From assembly GCF_037042905.1 (NCBI RefSeq), contig NC_087245.1:11224001-11288000 (forward strand): DNA of 64,000 nucleotides, given 5' to 3'. This document shows, piece by piece, positions 11,801 through 23,689 of this stretch; position 1 is the first letter of the stretch, and each line of letters starts with the position of its first letter. Source of the stretch: Lytechinus pictus (Eukaryota). The position numbers and the translations under genes are program-made. The notes beneath the pieces are model-generated. The model was not told the DNA's origin, did no database searches, and worked only from the letters and a program-made list of their open reading frames with translations.

Positions 11801-14800
11801 TCTTGATGGTGAACATTGATGGGGTCAATGGCCCCAAGCCCCCCCCCCCCTCCCCCATCTGCATGCCAGAGATCGTAATTATACCTAAATCACTTTAAAC
11901 ATCTACCTGGAACTGGAGAGACAGATAATGTATTGTAGAATTATGTAGCCAGAGTATTTTTACCTTGATATTGGGCATAAAGTATAGAAGACTTATTTGT
12001 CCCTCTGCATCTTCTTAGAACTTGTCCTCAGTTATAAACGTAACAATTTTACATGCATGTGTGGGTTTGGACGATTTATGAAAATTCTGTGTCTGGGTCG
12101 AAACGATTAAACTTGGTTTTCCAGGCCTTCTCTAGATTTGATTTGAATGAATTTATACTGCTACTGTTTACGACCTCAGAAGGTAAGTCATTCCATAGGT
12201 TGATTAGTCGTTGCGAGAAGTCCCGTTGCCTGAGTGTTGAATGTGCTCTTAACTTGATTAGTTTTCTAGAATGTCCTCTTGTCCGAGGTTGAGTGTCAAG
12301 TTTAAAGAAATTTGTACAGTCCAAATCATCTATGCCCTGAATAATCTAAAACGTTTGGTTCATATCAGCTCTATTTCTCCTAAAGGATAACGTTGGTAGA
12401 TTTAATTTCTTCAGTCGTTCAATGTAGCTCAAGCTCTTCAGATGTGGAATTAGCTTGGTTGCTCTACGTTGGATATTTTCCAGTTTTATGATGTCTTTCT
12501 TATGATGCCATACACTACTGTAGTATTCCAAAGATGGTCGTATGATTGACTTGTAAAGTCTTGTAAACCAGACCTCTTTCATCCAAATTTGAGAAAGTTC
12601 TCTTGATAAGTCCTAAAAGGCGGTTTGCTATGGCACAAGCTTTGATTATATGTTTAGAAAATTGCAAGTTGTTATCAAAAGTTACTCCCAGGTCGTTTTC
12701 CTCTGTCACTTTTGGAATTTCAGATGTGTCATCTGGTACTAGTAGGTAGCTCATACCTGGATTTTTTCTTCCAATAGACATTACTTTGCATTTCTTCTGG
12801 TTGAAAGTTAACTGCCAGTCTCCTGCCCACGACGAAAGGTTGAACAAATCATCTTGTAGGCTTACGTTATCATCTTCGTCACGGCGAGGTGCATACAGTT
12901 TTGTGTCATCTGCAAATAATTTTACTACTAACAGAGTTCTTAGAAATCACATCTGGAAGATCATTGATGAAGATAATAAAGAGGGCAGGGCCGATAACAC
13001 TACCTTGAGGAATTCCACTGGTCACCTCACATTCCTTGGACAGTGCTCCATCTAGACCATCACCTTTTGTTTGCGATCAGAGAGAAGCGCTTTAATCCAT
13101 GTCCATACTTTTCCTTGGATTCCATATCCTTGTACCTTTGTGAGGAGTCTAGTATGGGGAACATTATCAAACGCTTTGCGGTAGTCCAGGTAAATGCAAT
13201 CGACTATATCTTTTGCATCAAGGGCAGTACTCCAATCATTTGTGACTTCCAGTAGTTGGGCAGTACAAGATCTTCATTTCCTGAACCCGTGTTGATGAGG
13301 CGTTAGTAGGTTATTGGATTCTAAGTGATCTAAGTGAGTAGGGTTATGTGTATTCAGATGGAACATGTTAAACTACTGCTTTCAGTGAACCATGGTAAGC
13401 CTATACATGCCATGTGGGACGCTGGCGCCAATACATACATAACAGGTACCTATACAGCGCTTTACTAATCATATGATCAATATAGTCTTAGCCTATATAT
13501 GCTGCTACCAGTGCAATAACAGATACGATCTTTCATAATATCAAATAAGAAATAAACGCCTCAAAGCTCACTGGAATCTATTACATACAATGTAATCACA
13601 TCGAGGCATGTTTCATTATGTCATAAAAATTATTTTTTTAAATAAGAAAAACTGAGAGTCTCGCGGGCCGTACTTTGAGAACCGCTGCGATGGGGTGTAT
13701 ATTTACCGCTAATCCTTTCTGACAGGGTATCACGCTATCCCGAATGTAGCACTGCTGTAATCCAAATGAAGCGACTACGGTCCCAGAAATCATCATGGCC
13801 ATGGCAAGGATGATGCAAATTATACACATTACAAGGTAAGCAGTTATCTGTCAAAATAATCATAATAATTGTTGACACTTCACCAAATTTCTTGAATTAA
13901 ACATATTTGATGACGATAATAAAAATCTTACACGAACACCAAGCCAAGTTATTGAAGACAAAAATGCATTACTTTAAATTTTCAAAACTCATCGCTTTTA
14001 GATTTTATTTGCTCTACAATTCGATTATATTACAGCGTTCTTTTCTAACCAACCAGACCATAATCAACTATAAGGTGAGTTTATTGACAGATAATAAAAA
14101 GATCAAACGTTGGTGTTTTCTACCAGTTGGAGAAGCTATGAACAGAGTAAATTAATATACTTTGATTAAAATCTGCTTTTCAAAACTGACACACGCGTTA
14201 CACCAACGAATCTGACTACAGACCGATCAAAGCAATTTATGATATTTCGAATAGTATAACTTCTGTGTGACTTTAACATTACTTACTACACAGGTCCTTC
14301 CCCGGAAACTTGCAATTCCTATTATTCCAGTCGGCCCAAAGAACTGTGAAATAAATATGCGGAAACAATGAAATATAGGCCTATTAATCGAAACACAATC
14401 ATATTAATAGAGTGATGGCCGGGTGTTTAATCGTAGTCCCTAATTACTGTTCGTAAGACTGACTTTGAGAGGTACTCGTGTTGCATGAGGCCGTTCGTAA
14501 GAAACAAGTCATGAAGCTTATAAAAATAGAACCATTAAAACAAAGAGTTTTCTTTTAGCATTAGGGGCACATCAATTTTGAACGTGGTAGAAGGTATATC
14601 AAATTTAACTTTTAAACTTTTAACATTTAACTAAAAATGAGATGAAATTCGATTATAATATGTAATTTTAGTTTAAAAACTTTTGCTCTCATAATCTTCT
14701 TCTTCTTTCTTGCCCATTATATACAAGTACAGATACATATCAGATATTTGGCCAGAACATGGCACATTGCACAAACTTCCTCTTTTTTTTAATTGCTGCC

Positions 14801-15641
14801 ATTATCTTTTTTGGGGGGAGCGGTTATATTGCTCATCGACATAACGGTATTGGGACCGGTATGACATGGTTTGTAGAATACCACAATCACAATAATACTG
14901 TAATCAAAGATCATCCATGTATCATCACTGTCGATTGAGAGACTTCAGTGTTTCCCTATATGATGTATATATTTTAACCTGAGGTAAATGTTCTTAAGTA
15001 GGGAGGAGCAGCTTTCTATGATGATGGTTGACACTGCGCCTCTCATATAACTTACACCTAGTCTCATCTGGTGGCTCTGGCAGAGGTAGGGCAGAATGCA
15101 TCAATAGCCTTTCCAAAATTTTAGCCTTCTTCTACTATAAACGATGAATGACTTTGCCCGAGTCGCTCCATGCTACAAGCAACTGGGGAAATGCCTGACT
15201 TGACATGCAGACTATTCATATTTGTTGGCCTTTGACGACCTGCAATAGTCCTGCAGCTATCGCTGAGAGTCGGGTCAAGTTTCTTTGGGGTAGGGTTTCT
15301 TTCCCAAACATTTGCACTGTTTAAATTTACTGTATGCATAAGGTGGATACTGATTATTTATCTTTTTTTACAATGATCAATATACTTACACAAAGTCCCA
15401 TCCATATCCCGAATGAAAAGAAACGGAGAGACGAGCCGCCGAGTAAGAACTGCGCCACCCCTATAAAGATCGCCCCTACACCACAACAAAGCTGAATCCA
15501 CCCTGTTGCTCTTCCGGAGTACCGGTTATAGTTTCCTGAATAGCTATGGCTGATTGGAGTGGGACTCTGGGGGATATTACCTTGGTACGGATGAAATGCT
15601 GAGGTTGAGGAACCCGGAAGTGCGTTCACCGGTTGAGCCAT
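5852..15641 (-). CDS. MS4A/CD20-like four-transmembrane protein, paralogue A (~315 aa, 6 coding exons)
   Basis: Exons on minus strand, all GT-AG: 15641-15390 (MAQPV...GRATGWIQLCCGVGAIFIGVAQFLLGGSSLRFFSFGIWMGLC), 14343-14287 (FFGPTGIIGIASFRGRTCV), 13847-13707 (ITAYLVMCIICIILAMAMMISGTVVASFGLQQCYIRDSVIPCQKGLA; donor chosen by homology to paralogue B, alternative at 13674), 10966-10832 (ESRTTSDGIMSLIGFIEMMVAIIASVYCCAAICCGKQSGSQEFML), 6942-6912 (31 nt), 6183-5852 (Q/H/P-rich tail, TAA). Intron phases 0,0,0,0,1 join in frame. Four hydrophobic segments, a W..G near TM2 and a Cys cluster after TM4 fit the CD20/MS4A family. An acceptor at 15648 implies an upstream non-coding exon. Confidence 0.85.
7073..8988. 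mobile_element. Harbinger-type MITE with a nested insertion
   Basis: TIR taccttggtcacatttgc / gcaaatgtgaccaaggta; TAA TSD on both sides; many tacggcggccgta subrepeats. Confidence 0.85.
7413..8596. mobile_element. hAT-like non-autonomous element nested in the Harbinger MITE
   Basis: Termini caggcgcgtatt / aatacgcgcatg. Contains gcgagcgcgaagcgcg motifs and a polypyrimidine tract. No TSD recognisable. Confidence 0.55.
9242..9441. mobile_element. 200-bp MITE with 4-bp TSD (Sola-like)
   Basis: gcgcaattccctaaaa / ttttatggaattgccc termini; internal inverted gtacgtccgaccc; cgta repeated on both flanks. Confidence 0.6.
11990..13330 (-). mobile_element. 5'-truncated CR1 LINE fragment, frameshifted, in intron 3 of paralogue A
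   Basis: YLDYRKAFD, GIPQGSVIGP and LFADDTKLY motifs; ORFs 12515-12847, 12346-12582 and 12076-12324 (TRGHSRKL...FSQRLINLWNDLP) match CR1 ORF2 C-terminus. Confidence 0.9.
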
Positions 15642-16468
15642 GTGTACCTGAAGGTGAAAAACAATGGAAACATATTGACTATAGGCGATTTCCCATACAC
15701 TATTTCAAAATGAATTAGAACAGTGCATAGACGACAATTTCTCAAATTTGAATAATGTCAGAGGAAAATTAAAACACCCAGTGTGCAAATAGAATGTAAA
15801 GGTCACAAGAAACAGAACTAAACAGCTGTATCACGTTCATGGATTGGATTTTGAAGTTTATACTACTAGTAACAAGAGAAGGATACAGCCAAGTCAATTC
15901 ATTTTGCTGGTATGTTAACATCAAAATCCACCTTCCAAAATAAATGATTAGAGTTACAGACAACTACACCTGCACTGATCACATCTGACTTGTTGATATT
16001 TTTTTAGCTGCTTTCGTTCTTTTTTTCCTTCTCTATTATCTCGTTCGAAGTTGCGAAGTTCGCATGTTTTAGTTCGTCGTAAATGCAGACGACCACAAAG
16101 CTCCAAAGGCGATACGTTTGAAAAAGACAATAAAAAATCTGCTCACTATTCACTCGTCGCCCTAAATGCGCTCGGTGCCCGAACGGTCGCCGTCCGGGCG
16201 CTGACGTAATTGAGCGGTCACCGTCAAACGATTTAGGTAAAAAATAAACTCGTTGGATCAAAGGCTGTCGAGCGGTCACCGGCCGCTGACTGCTCAGAGA
16301 TCGGTCGATGATATCGCGGCGAATTCAAAATCGAACGATTTAGGTCAAAAGTTGAACTCGTTGGATCAAAGGCTGTCGAGCGGTTATCGGTCGGTCGCCG
16401 GCTGCTCAGAGATCGGTCGATGATCTCGCGGCGAATTCAAGATCGGCAGCATCCTAATTTATTCCCAG

Positions 16469-16624
16469 CATGGGCGGAAATCCCAGGGTGGACGCGTCCC
16501 CCCTACTCAAAATAGTAGGGGGACACAATATCAAATGTCCCCCCTACTATTTTTGGTCTTTTGTGATAAAAAGAAATACATCGAAATAAAACATGTATTT
16601 TGGACCATTTTGGGGTGATAACCT

Positions 16625-16660
<36 letters not shown>

Positions 16661-16779
16661 TGTCAAATTGTTTTTTGTCGAAATTACCTTATATTTTTGG
16701 TGATAACCCTTTTTTTTTTTGCTTGTCAATTTTTCCAGCCCCTTGTCCCCCCTACCTTTGTGAGAGATTTCCGCCCCTG
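16469..16779. mobile_element. hAT-like MITE, same family as 2646-2975, opposite orientation
   Basis: catgggcggaaatc / gatttccgcccctg TIRs; TSD attcccag / attcccac (7 of 8). Confidence 0.82.
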
Positions 16780-17735
16780 ATTCCCACGTAGATCGTTAAA
16801 AAATAGCCTCAGCGGAGCCCGGGTGGTTGCCGCTCGTAGGCCTACGGGAGACCTAGAATGGCCCCACTGATCACCGGGCAGACGCTGGGCGATTCCATTA
16901 AAAATAGGCCGGTGGCCGGTGGGAGACCGCCCGGGAATCGTTGGGTCATCAGCTATCACTGCTTGGACGCGAAACAGACAATTTTCTCCGATTTGGCCTT
17001 GAGTCGACCGGCGACCGATGGATAATCGACTGGGCACTGCTCGGCCACCGATAAGTCTTTCTACAGCCAGCTCGACTTCTACAAAAATCGTTGGTGAGTA
17101 CCCCCATTCCACAGAGAATTGGGCTCATCGGTCACTCATCGGAAGCAAAGTTTTTTTCTTTCGGTAACCCACCGAAGAGTATCGTATCACACTCCGATGA
17201 ATCCGATTTGTGTTTGTCGACTATCAGGTCAGTGTCCGACGTGTCGGGCGTAATCCGATGAGGCGAAATCGTCCGATGAAGGAACTAAGCTCAGAGCTTA
17301 GTTCGCCATCGGACGCCATTTCCGGTCGCAAATCGAGTCAGCGTCGGATGAATGTCGAGTCTGTCCGATGTGTGTCAGAATCGTGTTGTGCAACTATCGG
17401 ACCTGTCTAGCCGACGTCCGACGGCAATCTGATGAGTGTCCGATGATTTACTGTCATCTGACGCTCATCTGATTGCAATCGGCGGTCTGCCCGACGCGCC
17501 TGATAGCCGCCCATCACCAATTCGATTCTCATCGGCGGTTAACGTGATAATTAGTACCGTCCGATTGCTATCCGTTGTGACATCGGAGGGTAATCGCTCA
17601 TTAACCAAACTGCCATCCGACACATATCGCATAGCAAGCGGCGACATCTGAAGGCCAACGGACTATGAAAGGAGGGCCAGCCGACGCTGACTTCACATAT
17701 TTTCTCGGACACTACACAGCACCAAGATCTTAAAT

Positions 17736-17885
17736 ATGGCTCCAAGAAAAAACAGAAATGTTCGAGGACAGAAGGCTAAGAAGAGACCTCCCGACACTCC
17801 ACAACAATCTCAAGTGGCAGAAGAATCCTCTGTGCCTTCTCCTGAGGATGCAGAGACGGAGGATAGGCCTATTCAGGCCCCAATC
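17736..17885 (+). pseudogene. 5' remnant of the convergent second Harbinger ORF (normally a Myb/SANT- or MADF-type DNA-binding partner)
   Basis: ATG inside the element after the left subterminal region. The N-terminus is basic then acidic (MAPRKNRNVRGQKAKKRPP...EESSVPSPEDAETED) and runs straight into the antisense of the transposase 3' end. Identity is inferred from Harbinger architecture. Confidence 0.5.
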
Positions 17886-19129
17886 AGGGTTTCACGCTGT
17901 GCTTTGGCCTCTGCTGTGTCGCGGAAGGGTCCTCTTGGAGTTGGTACTTCATGCATGGGAGCCATGTTCCTCCATTCTCCTGGTATAATGTTATGGTCGG
18001 TATCCTCTGTATCCAGCTGACCATGGTGCATGGCTGGGTGCCGTATTCCAATCAGGTTGTGGAGACAGACACATGTTTCTATGATGTTACGCACAACATC
18101 AGGTTGTTGCTGTAGTGTTCCTAGAAGACACTGGAATCTGGCTGCTAGTATTCCGAAGGCATTTTCCACGACTCTTCGGGCTCTACTTATGCGATAGTTG
18201 TATATCCGCTCTGTACGATTCAGGTTCTTTCTCGAGTAGGGCTTCATCATGTGGGTTCGCAAAGCAAAGGCGTCATCCCCGATCATGAAATATGGCATGT
18301 TCTGGTTGTCATTGGTCATTGGCTCAGGTGGGGGGAATCCTATTTGACCACTCTCCACTGTCTCTTTGAGCTCAGATGCATTGTATATCTGCGCGTCAGA
18401 CATGTGTCCTTGAGCACCGGTGTCTATCCACAAGAACCGGTAGTTAGCATCAACAAGTGCCATGAGGACTACTGAGAAGAAATGTTTAAAATTATGGTAG
18501 AGACTGCCGGAGTTCTCTGGTTTCCTGAGTGCCACGTGCTTGTCATCAAGTGCCCCCATTACATGTGGAACGTTCCAACGCCTCTCGTATTCTTCAGCAA
18601 TTGCACGCCATTCTTGTTCAGTGGTGGGACACTGGATCACTTCATTAGCATACTCATCCACTATGGCTTGACAGACTTCGGGGATAAACTTGCAAATGGT
18701 TTCTCGAGCAACCCTGAAACGGTATGACAGTGACGGATACCGATCGCCAGCTGCAAGGTGCCTTAATATGGTACAGGCTAACTTGAGACCAGGTTCAAGG
18801 GCTCTCCTGGCATTGGTATCGTCCTTCGTGAGTCTTGGTGCGAGTCTCTGGAGTAGTTCATCAAAAAATTCTGGCGTAACTCTCAAGAAATTGAAAAATG
18901 CCGTTGTATCCTCCATTCTTAGTTCATTCAAGAGTCTGGTGTAGTGCCCATATAACAGCCTTCTCTCAGCTTGCAGCCATGGTCGAACCCAATAACGACG
19001 TGGTCTTCTTCGCCTTTTTCTCAGCCTCTTTCTCAGGACCTGAAGGGCTATTGCGTCTTGTTGCATAGTTTGTTGCTGGAGCATAAAAACACAGCCCAGG
19101 GCTGCAGCGTTGCGAAGAAGTTGATCCAT
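17873..19129 (-). CDS. Harbinger transposase / HARBI1-like DDE nuclease (DDE_Tnp_4 type), 418 aa, C-terminus probably truncated
   Basis: Single ORF with typical motifs: RRYWVRPW, FFNFLR, LRHLAAG...LSYRFRVA (HTH), GALDDKHV, LMALVDANYRF, IGDDAFAL, YNYRISRARRVVENAFGILAARF, CVCLHN. Confidence 0.92.
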   Translation of the reverse strand: MDQLLRNAAALGCVFMLQQQTMQQDAIALQVLRKRLRKRRRRPRRYWVRPWLQAERRLLYGHYTRLLNELRMEDTTAFFNFLRVTPEFFDELLQRLAPRLTKDDTNARRALEPGLKLACTILRHLAAGDRYPSLSYRFRVARETICKFIPEVCQAIVDEYANEVIQCPTTEQEWRAIAEEYERRWNVPHVMGALDDKHVALRKPENSGSLYHNFKHFFSVVLMALVDANYRFLWIDTGAQGHMSDAQIYNASELKETVESGQIGFPPPEPMTNDNQNMPYFMIGDDAFALRTHMMKPYSRKNLNRTERIYNYRISRARRVVENAFGILAARFQCLLGTLQQQPDVVRNIIETCVCLHNLIGIRHPAMHHGQLDTEDTDHNIIPGEWRNMAPMHEVPTPRGPFRDTAEAKAQRETLIGA

Positions 19130-20583
19130 GTCTAGTATTGTCAGGAGGTGCAGCCTGCTTTTATACTCGACTGCCGATTTTGGCGAAAATCCGACCAGTA
19201 TTGGGTCAGTGTCCGATTACCCTCCGAACAGCAACCGATTTGTCGGGTTGATGTCGGGAGAGTGTTGGAAGTGTCAGATTAGTGTCAGGCCACCCTCGAA
19301 TTACAATCCGACCACATTCGAATCAATCGGACGCTGCCGATGAAAATGGCGGACAGACATCGGGCCGCTACCAGTCCTTCATCCGATTACCCCGATCAAT
19401 GTTGGATCTTTATAGGATTTTACGGAAAACAGGGACCAAAAAAAGTGGATGTCGGGTGAATTTTCATCGGAACTCATCGGAGCGCTGACATTTTTGCAAA
19501 ATTGGGATCAGATTGGCGTCAGATCAGGTTCCGATGGTCAGTGGAATGGGGGTATTATAGCGGCGCCCGAGCAGGCTACTAATCGGTCGGTCGCTGCTCT
19601 GAGTTGTGACTGAAACCTAACAGCACATACGTAAACGGGGATGTGAGTGCGTGTGTGGGCGGGTGTGGGTGGGTGTGTGTTCCTCTGATGTCCTGTCCCT
19701 CCGGAGGGGGGAGGCGTTGTGACTACCTTCTCACAACATAGACTCCAAATTTGGGAACAAGTGGACAAGCCCCCCCCCCCCCCCATCGCTGTTCATAGTG
19801 TGTAGTGTTTAAATGTGTGTTTGTGTATGTTAGAATGTTCATTCTCGATTTTAATTATTGTCCCTGCAGCAATTATAGTATAGTATAGTAGAGTATTTAT
19901 TTTCCGTATAAAAAAGAACAAAAAAACAAAAATGCAAAATGCAAAACGGATTGATAGCCCATTTTCAGTTTAGTCGACATGACTATATTGTTCTTCCATG
20001 GGGTCCATATACAATACAAAGTAAAAAGTAAACACATATGAAAGAAGCTTAACATATACGGTAAATCAAACAAAATAACAAAAATGACATGATATATGTT
20101 GTTACTAATAAGAAAAGATTATAAAATTAAATAGTTTGGCAAGAATTTACACAAAATATTTTTTTTAATGAATGAATTGAATGAATTGGGCTGCTATCAC
20201 GTTATTGGAAAAGGTTTTCACAAGGAGCAAGGAATAGAAAATGAATAATATGAATATACAATGAATATAAATGAATATGTAATCATTGCAAACTGTCATA
20301 ATAACACAGGATTCTGGTTCACGCATTAGTGATAATTAGTGATAATATCCATGGAGCTACCCCAGCTAGCCGGCGAATGGGCATAACTGTCGATTAGCGA
20401 ATTCCCATGTTATATTAAACAACCGTATAATACAAGCATGTCATTTTTATGATACCTACATCTTATCAAGCGATAAGGTGACAAGAAATATTATATAAGT
20501 ATGAAATCTCCAAAGATCACCCTATCGGCCTCTCTAAATATCTTGCCTCCTAATTGCAGTATCCTAAGACCTATCTATTTTTT

Positions 20584-20690
20584 ACTTACATCCACTTTGT
20601 CGAGAAATAGAATCACTCCTGTTGTGCAGTTCAATGTGTTTCCTCACGCGAGGCTCCTTTCTTTAGAGGGAAACGGCAGGCACTGAAGTA
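20584..20690 (-). other. Candidate non-coding first exon of paralogue A
   Basis: Strong donor GTAAGT at 20589-20584 (minus) in a short non-repetitive island upstream of the 15648 acceptor; no transcript support available. Confidence 0.25.
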
Positions 20691-20752
20691 AGATCATTGC
20701 AATTTATGATATACATGCATGTACATATACATACATGTTCATCATGTTCATG

Positions 20753-23257
20753 CAGGGGCGGATCCAGCCTTCGCCAAATGGGGGGGGGGGGGGACCGGAA
20801 TTTTTTTCAGCCATATTTTCCCCGATCGGCCGCTCGAAGATGATTTTTGTTTGTTTCTTTGACGGGGTAGTCGTCATAGTAACTTCCTAGCTTTATTCTT
20901 AAATACATCAACATGAATTTATAATAGCATAATCCTTATTCATACATGTATAATGCGAGTGCGAAGCGCGAGCTAATTTTTATTTTGAAATTTTAATGTA
21001 TTTTCCCGAAAATTTGAACATTCTGGGCAATGTTTGTTTTCCTGAAAAAAGATGTATATGCAACTAAATAATTACTACGAACGCGAAGTGCGAGCAGAAA
21101 TGAACTGATGGAAAAGGTATCTGTAACAGACTTCAATTGCAGTTAGCCATGAAGACGTTCCATTTTCAACAATCAAATAATGCGAGCTGACATTTGTTTT
21201 TTCATTTTGACCTAAAGAATGGAAATTCTAAGCACTTTTTTAAACTTAAAAAGAATAGGTATTTAATAAACAATTGATGCGAGCGCGTAGCGCGAGCGGA
21301 AAATTTCGAGATTTCGACCTACAAACGAGACACTCTATTCATGTTTTGTAAATCATGAAAAGGATGAGTAATTGGGGGTCTTCCTTACATTAATAATGCG
21401 AGCGCGAAGCGCGAGCTGAATTTTTTTTGACATTTCTACAAAAAGAATTGAAAATTTTAATCAATTTTTGTAATCGTGAACAGGATAGCTATATAACTAA
21501 ACAATTGATGCGCGCGCAAAGCGCGAGCGAAAAAATCGAGATTTAGACCTAAAAACGGGACACTCTGCTCATGAAAAGTATTAGTAATAGGGGACCTTCC
21601 TACTGATCCAATACAAAGGACTCTGGTGGATACTTTGGTTATTATACAGGCCAGGCAGGTCAATCAACAGGCATGGTATCCATGTTGCGGGAGGTGTATG
21701 AAGTGCTTAGATATCAATACTGATATCGTAACATCCCCCTTCTTCTGATAAGATTAAGAATTTCAAATTTCAATGATATTGTTTTCAAACAATACTTTTG
21801 GTAGTCTGCAAATTTTGGTAATTTGGCTTAGTTATGATATATCAGATAATAATATAGAAATTGTTTGGTTTGTGAGAATAATATCAATTTGTGATAAACT
21901 GTATGCATCTTCAATTTAACATAACTTCAATCTTGTGGAAAACTAAAGATAATTTGGATAACCGGATTGATCCTGAAATCAATTTTTCCAAACAATAAGT
22001 TTTGGCTATAGTGTCTTTTGATAATTTCGTAAACACTATCTCGACATACCAAAAATAATGTACAATGATTATACATGCATATAATAAACTTTTAAACTAC
22101 ACTAATGTCTTCAGTGTTGTTCTTCTTTCTTCTCTTTTACATTAATGATGCGAGCGCAAAGCGCGAGCATAAAATTTTGATATTGTGCTCTGAAACTGGA
22201 TAATGATTTACATAGAGAACAAGTTGAGTACCTGAATAAACATGCGCGCGTTTCAGATTTAGCCCTAGGCATTCTAAATAAATCTTTAATCATGAAAATC
22301 AAAGCGAGCGCGAAGCGCGAGCTTAAACTATTTCATATTTCGATCTGAAAAAAGTCAATTTCAGCTCTATATTTCAAGCAGTTTGTAGGATAATTGTGAG
22401 CTGGATATGGATCGCACTTAATAAAGAGCTGATATTTTTCATTATCATTACTTTGAGTTTTGACATAGGACCGGGACATCCTTAGGACATGTCATCATAT
22501 GAAAATGCATGACTATCTTCCTATTCCTCTTGCTAAGCGCAAGGGACAATGTAATTATTAAATCGTATCTATTAATGCCTAATGAGGGTGAGAAATCTGA
22601 TGATATCATGTTCTGAGAACTGGACATTTCAAGCACTTTTGTATTTAGGAATAGGATGCATCAGTAAATCTATTTTCAACCCTTAATGCCAGCGCAAAGC
22701 GCGAGCCAAAATTTTTGATAAACTGTCATGAAAAGGGGATTTTAAGTAGTTTGTTGTGTAATCAATATTGAGACATACATAACTCGCCAATCAAAATGCA
22801 TGTAGCGTTATCTGATACGTTTTGACAATCAGACCTGAAAAGGGATATTTTGAAAACTAAATGGAATACACGAAAATGATAGGTACCTGATAAGTCAAAA
22901 TTTGCGAGCGAAAATTTTAATATTCAGATCATAAAACTTTCATTTTTACAGAGCACTTTTAAAAATTGATTTGGAAACCACACAAAATAATGAAAGTTCG
23001 ATTTCCGAGGTGAAATGTATAATGTATATTGACTTCCAAACTTGATATTTAAGCTCCATATTGAACGAGATATGTAAATCACCTAACAGGGAATGAAGTC
23101 TTCCCCTCATCTTATTTTATTCACTCGTCTTCCTCCTCTTTTTTTTCCCTCTCTTTTCCCTCCTTTTTTTTCTTTTTTTCCTTTTTTTCCTTTTTTTCGC
23201 TCCGCCAATAGGGGGGGGGGGGGCGGGCCCCTCGGGCCCCCCGCTGGATCCGCCTAT
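20753..23257. mobile_element. Non-autonomous hAT-like element (~2.5 kb) with many GCGAGCGCGAAGCGCGAGC motifs
   Basis: TIR caggggcggatccagc / gctggatccgcctat; both flanks share ttcatg (partial TSD); about a dozen motif copies inside. Confidence 0.7.
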
Positions 23258-23689
23258 TTTCATGTATATATATAAGAGGTTTACAACTTACGCGGGGGTG
23301 ACAAATTCACTAAATTAGAGGTCATCGTAATTATAATGATAAAATGAAATGATAATGACAATGATGAGATAATGTAATGATATTGTTATCAATTTTATTT
23401 TGTATTTCATACTAGTTACGCCTATGCTCATTATTATCATTATGCTGATTTTGACCATAACGGTCACAAATAATGATTATGAAAATAAATATTACAATGA
23501 TAATAAAAAGCAATAATGATTATCATTTGATAATGATTATAATAATAATAATATTGATAATAATAATGGTAATAATAATAATCATAATGATAATTATAAT
23601 GTTAATAACAATGATGATGATAATTATGATATAAAAATAATACAATGTCAATGATGTGATGATGTTGAAAATGAGCCAATACCTTGACA

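Larger units (their letters stand above)
17099..19554 (-). mobile_element. PIF/Harbinger DNA transposon, probably an internally deleted derivative
   Basis: 14-bp TIRs: TACCCCCATTCCAC at 17099 and GTGGAATGGGGGTA ending 19554. Both subterminal regions are rich in CCGA/TCGG repeats. Contains the transposase ORF. No clean 3-bp TSD (gag / tta). Confidence 0.85.
16100..19620. mobile_element. Older GC-rich non-autonomous element hosting the Harbinger (left part ~16100-17098, right end 19555-19620)
   Basis: GC-rich sequence with cggtcg-type motifs on both sides of the Harbinger. Contains a ~108-bp tandem duplication (16227-16445). The right end ttgtgactgaaaccta resembles the tacctcagtcacaa terminus at 41335. 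Left end not found. Confidence 0.45.

Noticed and set aside
18251..18944. Short + strand ORFs within the Harbinger
   Set aside because: Antisense shadows of the transposase ORF.
17873..19129. Domesticated host gene HARBI1
   Set aside because: Still flanked by TIRs and subterminal repeats and nested in another repeat, so it is best treated as a transposon copy; no gene symbol assigned.
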